Shown: positions 9,501 through 16,125 of the stretch, in pieces | Layout: the number at the start of each line of letters is the position of its first letter | Position numbering within the stretch: position 1 is the first letter of the stretch | Program-made: the position numbers and the translations under genes | The notes under the pieces: model-generated | What the model saw: only the letters and a program-made list of their open reading frames with translations | Database searches by the model: none | What the model was told of the DNA's origin: nothing | Assembly: GCA_964534625.1 (NCBI GenBank) | Contig: CAZHRF010000052.1 | Location: forward strand, 1 to 17,611 | Origin: an uncultured archaeon | Lineage (GTDB): Archaea > Asgardarchaeota > Heimdallarchaeia > Heimdallarchaeales > Heimdallarchaeaceae | Direction: 5' to 3' | Length of the DNA: 17,611 nt

Positions 9501-11254
9501 CCTGTGATTGTTACATTAACATCATTCCCACCATAATAAAAGGAATCATTTTTCATCGTTGTTAACTCAACCAACAGTTCGCTTTTATCAACAAAGAACC
9601 TAAAAACAGTAATATTTTCTTGCATGAATTCATCAATAGCTTTTACAGTTAGATTATTCCATCCATCAATGTCTGGCGTATATTCAAAATAGGATGAAGT
9701 CCCTTCTTCTGCAGTCCAAGTGCGATAATTTTGATTGTCCCACTTATATTGCACAGAATATATCTCTGCTTCATCAGTAATTTCAACCTCTATAAGTTTA
9801 TTAGCTGAACATGTTGTCCCATTCAAAAGATTAACTAGCTTAATTGATGGAGCTTTCGGATCTAGGAAAAATATATAGAATTGCTCTTCATAAACAAAAG
9901 TATCATCAATATAGATAGTTAAATTACACTCTCCTTCTTCTAATGGTGCATAAATATTATGTTCTGGAACACTAAGTAAATCGAAAATAGTCCCATTATT
10001 ATTCCACTGATAAGTTACATTTGATGCTCCAGTAGAAACAGAAAAATTCAGTATTCCACCGCTTTTTATCATAGAATTATTCAATGGTTCTAGTAATACT
10101 ACGTCACTGTGAGATCCATCATAACCTATCTTATAGATATTTACTCTTCCATTATTAAACTCATCAAATGCTTTTACTTCTAGATAGTGCCAACCATCTG
10201 TCTTAGGTAAGGATGTGGTGGTTTCTGACCCCTCCCATGAGGTAAATTCATTATCATTCCATCTATATGATTGAGAGGTTGAATCTTGTATAGTGATATT
10301 TATATTCTTCTCTTCATAGTAATAAGTTTCATTTTCAGCTCCTGTGATAGAAATAGAAGGATAAGAAAGATCTTTGTATTTGATCTGCATACCAAAAACT
10401 GTACTGTAATAATCAAAATCGTAGGTATTAGTATAACCTTCGTCTGTTATCTGCCATTGATATGGACCTCTATCACTTGAATAGTTTATTTTAAGTTCAA
10501 CACTTGTAGAATCATCAGTAAGTAGAGAAACTTTTCCCATAACAGCTAGTTTCAACCTATAATTTTTAGGAATAATAACTGGATCCGATAGAATTAAAGT
10601 GAATACTTTTTTATTATTGAAAGAAAGATCATCGGGTAAAATTTCTTCAACATAAGCTATCTGAGTGGTATTTTGATCTGATGGATTGAATAATGACAAA
10701 CTAATATTGAGCGTATAAACTTGTTGATCATCTATGTCAGTATTAAAATGTGTTAAAACATGTATTTTTCCGGCTATTTCTGTATCTTCACTAAATACAG
10801 GTGTAAACATTGATGATCTTTTTCGCGTATTAGGTTCTTCAAGATAATAATAAGTATTGGTAGAACTAGGCCAACCAGTCTGCCCACCATCCATTTTATA
10901 TCTTTTATATGTTGAAGAACTTCCTTTATCATACATATCCTCGTAATTGTTAAACTCATAGACGCTTCCATCTTCATCTACATTGACAAAACTGTTATGA
11001 GCGAAAAAACCTTGTAACAAATAATCACCAGGGATAACCGTTTTTTTGATACCAGAAGAGATGAGCGTTTCTTCTTTTGTTTCATTTTTCTTGAGTTTGT
11101 CTTTGTAATTATCTTTGTAATCTATAATTTGCGTTCTATTCCTTTCCAATTTCTCTTCTAACTGATTTTCATACCTATAATCTTGATAAAAAAAATTTCC
11201 AGTAATAAGAATAATAATAATGAAACTGTTAATAATAATTTTACTGTTTTCCAT
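6536..11254 (-). CDS. Large cell-surface membrane protein: Ig-like repeats, transmembrane helix and cytoplasmic folliculin/uDENN-like longin domain
   Basis: N-terminal hydrophobic stretch (IIINSFIIIILITGNFFY), repeated beta-rich units with many N-x-S/T sequons, TM IIVIIVAGSVLLMIIISFIVY followed by basic KVTRPK, then LSIFDQRKGP and LRNKAARGGYENLSLIVV. Start set at ATG 11254 (upstream GGGGAT, avoids overlap with the upstream gene); 11290 and 11338 are alternatives. Confidence 0.85.
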   Translation of the reverse strand: MENSKIIINSFIIIILITGNFFYQDYRYENQLEEKLERNRTQIIDYKDNYKDKLKKNETKEETLISSGIKKTVIPGDYLLQGFFAHNSFVNVDEDGSVYEFNNYEDMYDKGSSSTYKRYKMDGGQTGWPSSTNTYYYLEEPNTRKRSSMFTPVFSEDTEIAGKIHVLTHFNTDIDDQQVYTLNISLSLFNPSDQNTTQIAYVEEILPDDLSFNNKKVFTLILSDPVIIPKNYRLKLAVMGKVSLLTDDSTSVELKINYSSDRGPYQWQITDEGYTNTYDFDYYSTVFGMQIKYKDLSYPSISITGAENETYYYEEKNINITIQDSTSQSYRWNDNEFTSWEGSETTTSLPKTDGWHYLEVKAFDEFNNGRVNIYKIGYDGSHSDVVLLEPLNNSMIKSGGILNFSVSTGASNVTYQWNNNGTIFDLLSVPEHNIYAPLEEGECNLTIYIDDTFVYEEQFYIFFLDPKAPSIKLVNLLNGTTCSANKLIEVEITDEAEIYSVQYKWDNQNYRTWTAEEGTSSYFEYTPDIDGWNNLTVKAIDEFMQENITVFRFFVDKSELLVELTTMKNDSFYYGGNDVNVTITGYNGTIKFQWDNGEIEDGFALMSNSILVLTDNNALPLDPSCIHYLYIYVGDLSNNEHVFVFKFTLDQEIPVIIPGGEYNNSRHLDTKIFSFQITDNLTIESDLLVYVSIDGSSNQTLSSPFDFYLLGLEDGDYNLTLYAFDKASNVRLIVIYFTIDTFPPIISINSIDGLVELDDDFYIPNGALVDINIVDNDPNANSTYSWDNSQYTTFNSSFFLDYEDGFGILSIQANDTLGNEVIYNISLIIDSVAPETSIIFPFNESKINHYTNLNFQVEDLSRETIESVKYTWSYLSGSIDAILDDNGFVVIKLSAFYNEEGPVTLSFTTKDIVGNTHIFSYIFTVDLSAPTLELHFYDTKTSEYFPATNGSYIRGYYVLWYNDSINDDLESFEYSWNNGILQLLNSSNYIDIPSLDGEQILSIKLQDDTGESTSSNTYTVTYFFIVDDLKIDYISVPDNYPENTSISMKYGDEYSFIVSVSDIEEGTAITGLKYTYIIDEEINLDIDTTQLDSITYEFIITATNITNGEPTPIEIQFWQFEDHKETVQIDVLVDRTEGIAHINSISNHIIYGEDIFINVSLYDTENISSQEITAVFVNGTSVIENTEFGDNNTILIRYSGYPRKKGNYTLNLYIESSFYFDEVKNIASMNVEIQPIPVFLSVYVSNTTVEYGNKLVVYANLTDHNGDPVPFVDIHFYLYIYLNEYTQAVAATPEGFDEMLERITQTNAQGIATLDFDINDTIAYLLITADFKGNDILDVVSFLLEEPVLAVPSEGGIPPEIIVIIVAGSVLLMIIISFIVYKVTRPKSFEEILEEITEEDIKQNIVQLIPGVILSIFDQRKGPTPLLGDYSFESDQFARRMAIGVDNFLLKICDQAYSSLGFEEFDEKRRTGSIRLPNEDMIGYIHGLQLRNKAARGGYENLSLIVVTEEQHGTLLIGKEKYLHQDIDELSKMLQEKKSLAEINSKISVIRQKATQLILAAQIEEMEIRNKE
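8170..10365 (-). repeat. About eight degenerate protein-level tandem Ig-like repeats (~85-100 aa each)
   Basis: Recurring pattern D-x-x-(A/P)-P-x-I...Y-x-W-(D/N)...(D/E)-G-x-x-x-L-x-(V/I)-x-A-x-D-x-x-(G/N)-N...F-x-(V/I)-D. Examples: DGWHYLEVKAFDEFNN, DGWNNLTVKAIDEF, DGDYNLTLYAFDKASN, DGFGILSIQANDTLGN, EGPVTLSFTTKDIVGN, DGEQILSIKLQD. Boundaries are approximate. Confidence 0.75.
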
Positions 11255-11279
11255 CTTGATCCCCAATAACCATACTATC

Positions 11280-12044
11280 TTATTTTTCATTTTCTGCCAT
11301 ATATTTGTGTAATTTAAACGATTTGAGAAAAATATCATTTATAGCTTCTTTTAATTCTTGAACTCCGTTTCCCGTTATATTTGATATTTCAACGGTTTTT
11401 ATATCTTCTAAATCAAATCTAAATCCAATCTTATCTTCGATATGATCTTGAACGAAATATCTTGCTTTTTGTATTTGACTAAATTCGACTTCAATAGCTT
11501 CTTCTCGCTCTAGATGAGTGCCTAGAATAATTATACCCGTATATTCTTGTATTAATTCTCGTTCAATAGCTCGATCTAACCAATATTCTAACTCTTGAAA
11601 TGTTTTCATATCTGTTGTATTATAAGTAAGAACAAGTGCCAAAATCGCATCCATTTTCGATACATCAAAAAATAAATCACAAGCATCTTCAAAAGCTAGC
11701 CCCTCGCCTTTCCCACCTTTCCCTTTTTGACCTGGCATGACAAAAATCTGCGAACTAATAACGATTTGATATTTCTCAATATTAGAATGAAAAACAAAAT
11801 AATTAAATTCGATATTAATAGATTTTTTTAATGAAAGGATAGTTTGCCTTGAAAATTTTACTCCTTGAATATGAGTCAGATTAAGTGCTGTATGGGTTTT
11901 ACCAGTTTGCCCATCACCAATAAAAACTACTCCCCCTGTACAAACCACATTTCTTTCTCTAAAAAGCACTAAATGTGAAATTGGCGCTTCAATATTCATT
12001 TTAATGATAGATGATTTGCCATTACCTTCGGGATTATTTTTCAT
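11280..12044 (-). CDS. Atypical Ras-superfamily small GTPase
   Basis: G1 GDGQTGKT, G3-equivalent VMPGQ (no Asp), TFQELEYWL helix, G4-equivalent GTHLE, G5 EISNITGNGVQEL. Confidence 0.8.
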   Translation of the reverse strand: MKNNPEGNGKSSIIKMNIEAPISHLVLFRERNVVCTGGVVFIGDGQTGKTHTALNLTHIQGVKFSRQTILSLKKSINIEFNYFVFHSNIEKYQIVISSQIFVMPGQKGKGGKGEGLAFEDACDLFFDVSKMDAILALVLTYNTTDMKTFQELEYWLDRAIERELIQEYTGIIILGTHLEREEAIEVEFSQIQKARYFVQDHIEDKIGFRFDLEDIKTVEISNITGNGVQELKEAINDIFLKSFKLHKYMAENEK

Positions 12045-12067
12045 ACTAATTTAAAATATGTGTTTAA

Positions 12068-12086
12068 ATGATTATAAGCGTTTAGT
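12068..12086 (-). promoter_or_regulatory. Archaeal BRE/TATA promoter for the atypical GTPase and receptor unit (probably leaderless)
   Basis: The minus strand reads AAACGCTTATAA; the TATA element ends ~28 nt before ATG 12044. Confidence 0.55.
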
Positions 12087-12284
12087 TTGGGAGAAAGAGA
12101 AATACTGAATATTCATCTATTAAAACCCAACAGCCATAAATAGATTTTAAGTATAATTTAGGCCATAACCACTTTCTTCTAGAGTAACGTGATCTTTAAC
12201 TGTGCTTTATACAGACGTTTTTTCACCAGTTTTACTTCCTATGAAAGAAAATAATAAATTTATACAATAAACCATTGCAGTTAT

Positions 12285-12340
12285 GTGAATACCTTTATAT
12301 TTGGACGAGAATTTATAGAAAATACAAAATAAGTGGTGAT
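12285..12340 (+). promoter_or_regulatory. Possible TATA box and Shine-Dalgarno site of the second Rag-like GTPase
   Basis: GTGAATACCTTTATATT at 12285-12301 and GGTGAT at 12335-12340 before ATG 12344. Confidence 0.45.
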
Positions 12341-12343
12341 GTC

Positions 12344-13834
12344 ATGTCTTATTTATATGACGAAATATATGAAAGAGATGGAAATGATAAATCATCAGAA
12401 GGTAAGAATAAAATAATAATCATGGGTTTACAAGCAGCTGGAAAAACAGCCATAAAGGAGCTTATATTTTTAGGTAAATCTCAAGAAGAAGTCGAAAATT
12501 ACATGGCCACCACACATTATACCAGACATTTTTTAGATGAAAGTAAACAAAATGTGATAATAGATTCTGGCGGTCAAGAATCTTATTTTAATGAAGCTGT
12601 AACCTATTACCGTAATCTAATCTTTTCTGATGCTAAATTATTAGTATGGGTTGTTGATATATCAAGTCCAGATTTATTTGAAGAATCAGAGAGACGATTT
12701 AGTTTTACCATTCGTCAGTTTAAGAAAAAGAATCCAGATGGGATAATATATGTATTTTGTCATAAAAGTGACCTTGTTGAAACAGAAAAAATCGCTTCTA
12801 TTGTCCAATATTTGAAAGGTTCATTACATGATCCCAAATTTGAGATTAACTTTAGAATAACATCCATTTATGATAAATTAGAATTAAATGAAACATGTAA
12901 AGAAATGTTAGTAGCTGCCAACATTCGTACAGATAACTTAGAATTAGTAACCAATGTTGAAGGAGATGAGGAAGTTTCACAGGATCAAATAAGTTTCATT
13001 GCAGAAACAGATTCTAATCAAAAAATCCAATTATTGAGTAAATTCATGGCAAAAAAACCCAGATCTCAACTTCCTACCTTTGGTAAACTTGAAGTTGATG
13101 TAGATTTAGAGGGGCGAGATATAATTGAGATTGTATTACTTGACAAAGAAAACTTTTCACCATCTCTTGGAGCTTCATCGCATAGACTAGCGGATAAAGG
13201 TAATTCAATGGATTATCTTTTAGCACTTAACTATTTCAAAAAAACTCTAAAAGAAAAGGGCAAAGATATTCCGGTGTACGAAAGCATTATAGATTCTTAT
13301 AACTCTCAAATTTGGGCATGTATCTACAATATAAAACATTACTATTTACTCATAACTTCTTTCTCTGAAATAACACAAACAAGAGGTAAAGAATTCGAAG
13401 ATTTAATCAAAGGCTTTGCAGAGATTATTAAAAAAAAGGAACAGAAAGTTTCTAAGGAAGATTTTGAGGTTAAAGAAGTAGCTAAACCAATTACAGAACC
13501 AACCAGAGAGATAAGCCAAGGACAAGATGTGAACCAATTTTTAACTCAAGAAAATATACAAGAAACACAATCAAAAGAAGAGAATATAAATGGGGAACAA
13601 TTAAAAGAAATAGAAAGAAACGCAGATGTAGAGGTTCTAAAAGCAAAATATAGAAAGTTATTAGAAGAAAGTAAAAAAAGAGAAGAGCAACAACGAACTC
13701 AATTAAAAGACGAAATACAAAGTGATAAAAAACAAGAAAAAGATTCTTTGATTACTTTCTCTTCAACTGAAATGAAACATTTGGTAAATTTCTTCATAAA
13801 AAATAAAAAGAGAGCAGAAGATGAAGAAAAATAG
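12344..13834 (+). CDS. Second Rag/Gtr-like GTPase with putative roadblock/longin-like domain and charged C-terminal tail
   Basis: G1 GLQAAGKTA, G2 YMATTHY, G3 DSGGQ, G4 HKSD, G5 region TSIYD. Start at ATG 12344, preceded by SD-like GGTGAT (12335-12340), rather than TTG 12275. Confidence 0.82.
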   Translation: MSYLYDEIYERDGNDKSSEGKNKIIIMGLQAAGKTAIKELIFLGKSQEEVENYMATTHYTRHFLDESKQNVIIDSGGQESYFNEAVTYYRNLIFSDAKLLVWVVDISSPDLFEESERRFSFTIRQFKKKNPDGIIYVFCHKSDLVETEKIASIVQYLKGSLHDPKFEINFRITSIYDKLELNETCKEMLVAANIRTDNLELVTNVEGDEEVSQDQISFIAETDSNQKIQLLSKFMAKKPRSQLPTFGKLEVDVDLEGRDIIEIVLLDKENFSPSLGASSHRLADKGNSMDYLLALNYFKKTLKEKGKDIPVYESIIDSYNSQIWACIYNIKHYYLLITSFSEITQTRGKEFEDLIKGFAEIIKKKEQKVSKEDFEVKEVAKPITEPTREISQGQDVNQFLTQENIQETQSKEENINGEQLKEIERNADVEVLKAKYRKLLEESKKREEQQRTQLKDEIQSDKKQEKDSLITFSSTEMKHLVNFFIKNKKRAEDEEK

Positions 13835-14220
13835 AGAAAAATAAATGTTAAACGCAAGATAGGAACTTTTACAAAAATCCATCTCCATTACTATGTAGAA
13901 ACATAGAATGAAGAGAGTATTACTAAAATCCAATAAAGTATCGCTATTCATATTTATTTAGTGTATTCTGTATCTATCATGATCTATAGCTAATTCTTAA
14001 AATGCTGCAAATACAGAACCAATTATAACAATAATAAGATTAGAAACAATATGATTAATTTGTTTAAATTCTAGAACCAGTTTTAAAATGCCCCATTATA
14101 CATTTTTTGGGTTTTCTGCCTTTGAGTTTTTACGACATAATTTGTGCCTTAGATATGGTTTTATAAATATAGTTTTTTGGGTTTAAATAATAGTACAATA
14201 TCTTTACACAATATTTATCA

Positions 14221-14763
14221 ATGAACAAAACCTCTAAAAATTGTATGCCAAAAGAGAAAATTGCTAAAATAATTATAGCGGGGGATGGGGCAGTAGGTAA
14301 GACTTCTATTGTCAATAGCATAATTGACAGCGATATCGAATGTAAAGATGTTAAAATGACACCTGGCATCAATATTGAAACAGCAAGATATGAACTCAAG
14401 AAAGATAAAGAAGTGGTTAACTTAACTTTTTGGGATCTAGGAGGACAAAAACAGTTTCGTTTTTTTCAGGAAGATTTTACAAAACAAACAGATATCGTAC
14501 TTTTGGTATATGACCTGTCACGGTATAAATCCTTTATAAATATTGAAAAAGAATGGGCACAAATGTTCAATTCTGGTAATAATATGCTCACGAAAAGAAT
14601 TTTAGTTGGGAACAAAGATGATCTCAAGAATAGTATAAAAGATCAAGAAATAGAAGAAATGGCTGAAAAGTTAAATGTACCGCATATTAAAGTGTCAGCT
14701 CTCGAGAACAGAAACATAGAGAAACTTTTGGAACTAATAGGATCTTATTTAGAATGTGAATAA
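14221..14763 (+). CDS. Rab/Roc-like single-domain small GTPase
   Basis: G1 GDGAVGKTS, G2 MTPGINI, G3 WDLGGQKQFR, G4 GNKDD, G5 VSA. The start could be 14245. Confidence 0.92.
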   Translation: MNKTSKNCMPKEKIAKIIIAGDGAVGKTSIVNSIIDSDIECKDVKMTPGINIETARYELKKDKEVVNLTFWDLGGQKQFRFFQEDFTKQTDIVLLVYDLSRYKSFINIEKEWAQMFNSGNNMLTKRILVGNKDDLKNSIKDQEIEEMAEKLNVPHIKVSALENRNIEKLLELIGSYLECE

Positions 14764-14901
14764 AGACAAATAATATTGCCCAACTCTATTGTCAATATCA
14801 TAAAGAAAGAAGTAATGCTAGACATACTTTTCTTTATATTTTCTCTATAAAGCACTTTTTTTTCCAATACTTGTTTATTTATAAAGTTTATTATGCCTTG
14901 T

Positions 14902-14918
14902 GCAAAAAAGTTTTAAAT
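14902..14918 (+). promoter_or_regulatory. Archaeal BRE/TATA promoter for the Zn-finger, V4R and GGR unit
   Basis: GCAAAAAAGTTTTAAAT ends ~28 nt before ATG 14946. Confidence 0.5.
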
Positions 14919-14945
14919 TGTGTTATATAATTTTTCTTGAGTTTA

Positions 14946-15407
14946 ATGAACCAGACTAAAAGTGAATATGATTTATTAATAAGCTGTCCAGTATGCAATG
15001 AGGGCGTTATGATATCTGTTGAAGATGTGAGTAGTATACGCGATGCCAAACGATATCCAGTATCGTTAACCAATGTACATGGAGATCCAAAACATGCTAT
15101 CACTTTATTTATTGATCAAGACATGAGAGTTAGAGCTGTTGAACCCTCCGACATAATTTTCGAATTAGAAGAATTAAAAGCAAATAGAACGCTAAGAGAA
15201 CGGTATATTCCTTATCCTATTGAAGGACATGTTGACTTAGGGGGGCTATCACGAGAAGAAGTGGTTATCATTTCGCTTTCTGATGGCAATCGTGATATCA
15301 CAGAGATTTGTAAAGTTCTAACTCTGAGCAAACTGAAAGGTAAGATGTTTGCTGAAAAATTAGTTCGTGACAAGAAATTAGCTAAAGTAGAGAAAAAAAT
15401 AATCTAA
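14946..15407 (+). CDS. Putative zinc-finger (CxxC...H...H) plus winged-HTH protein
   Basis: CPVC...HGDPKH...FIDQDMRVRAVE at the N-terminus. C-terminal LSREEVVIISLSDGNRDITEICKVLTLS...KLVRDKKL matches a 'DGxR' wHTH pattern. ATG 14946 lies ~28 nt after a TATA-like box. Confidence 0.65.
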   Translation: MNQTKSEYDLLISCPVCNEGVMISVEDVSSIRDAKRYPVSLTNVHGDPKHAITLFIDQDMRVRAVEPSDIIFELEELKANRTLRERYIPYPIEGHVDLGGLSREEVVIISLSDGNRDITEICKVLTLSKLKGKMFAEKLVRDKKLAKVEKKII

Positions 15408-15428
15408 AAATTGCAAATGGTGAAATAA

Positions 15429-16094
15429 ATGAATAATAATGAAGAGCCAAAAATGAAAAAAATCAATATATTTAGGCGATTTAAAAATAAGATTATTGTA
15501 ACAGGGGCCAAAGCCAAAAAGAAATGGGCAACCGAAAAAGTTGCTTCTTTCACAGTTACAAAAATGAATGAAACGCTCGTTAAAGAACTCATTCAAGCTG
15601 TTGGAGAAAAAGAAGCAATGGAAAAGATTTTTCGTGCAGCAGCTAATTTGGGGCATGAATACATGTTAGAATTATCTTCATTACTTGAAGGACATATAGA
15701 CACTATGCCTGCTTATGCTCAAGCAGCATGGTTAATGTTTTCGGGACACAAACTAGAGGCAACAAATTATCAAGAGATCCAAATTGGGGAGTATACTTGT
15801 CCAGCATTAAAATTTGTAGATCCATCTTGTCCTTGGTGCAAAAATATTTCTTTTGAGTCGCCATTCTGTACATATCCCGCGGGGGCATATAATGGTGCAG
15901 GACAAACATGGGCAGAATTAACTGATGAACCATATAATTTCTTTGTGAGAGAGCTGAAATGTAAAGCACAGGGAGCCAAACATTGTGAGTTCCTCTTTCT
16001 TGCATGCCCTAAAGACATGTCAATTGATGTGTTAAAACAAGAAAAACCCGAATGGTTTGAGTACATAGACTATGGATTTTTCTCATTTGACTAA
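15429..16094 (+). CDS. V4R (4-vinyl reductase) domain protein
   Basis: CPWC, FCTYPAGAYNG and VRELKCKAQGAKHCEF match the V4R ExxCxAxGxxxCxF signature. The start may be a later ATG. Confidence 0.85.
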   Translation: MNNNEEPKMKKINIFRRFKNKIIVTGAKAKKKWATEKVASFTVTKMNETLVKELIQAVGEKEAMEKIFRAAANLGHEYMLELSSLLEGHIDTMPAYAQAAWLMFSGHKLEATNYQEIQIGEYTCPALKFVDPSCPWCKNISFESPFCTYPAGAYNGAGQTWAELTDEPYNFFVRELKCKAQGAKHCEFLFLACPKDMSIDVLKQEKPEWFEYIDYGFFSFD

Positions 16095-16125
16095 TGCATT
16101 TTTTTCATATAGAGGATGAATAATT

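Noticed and set aside
10286-10480. 64-aa plus-strand ORF
   Set aside because: Antisense to the large surface protein, non-ATG start and no motifs.
10774-10977. 67-aa alternative-frame ORF within the receptor gene
   Set aside because: The main frame is uninterrupted, and there is no sign of frameshifting or an independent start.
11255-11338. 59-nt overlap between the atypical GTPase and the 1600-aa ORF
   Set aside because: Probably an artefact of longest-ORF calling; ATG 11254 has an SD-like site and leads straight into the hydrophobic signal segment.
13763-14095. Hydrophobic short minus-strand frames (the 62-aa ORF and an IVSNLIIVIIGSVFAAF fragment)
   Set aside because: Hydrophobicity is expected from the T-rich complement of A-rich DNA. 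One overlaps the Rag-like gene and the other has no start codon.
14130-14399. 89-aa minus-strand ORF
   Set aside because: Antisense to the Rab-like GTPase.
14891-16066. Several short minus-strand ORFs (70, 92, 62, 100 and 98 aa)
   Set aside because: All are antisense to well-supported plus-strand genes.
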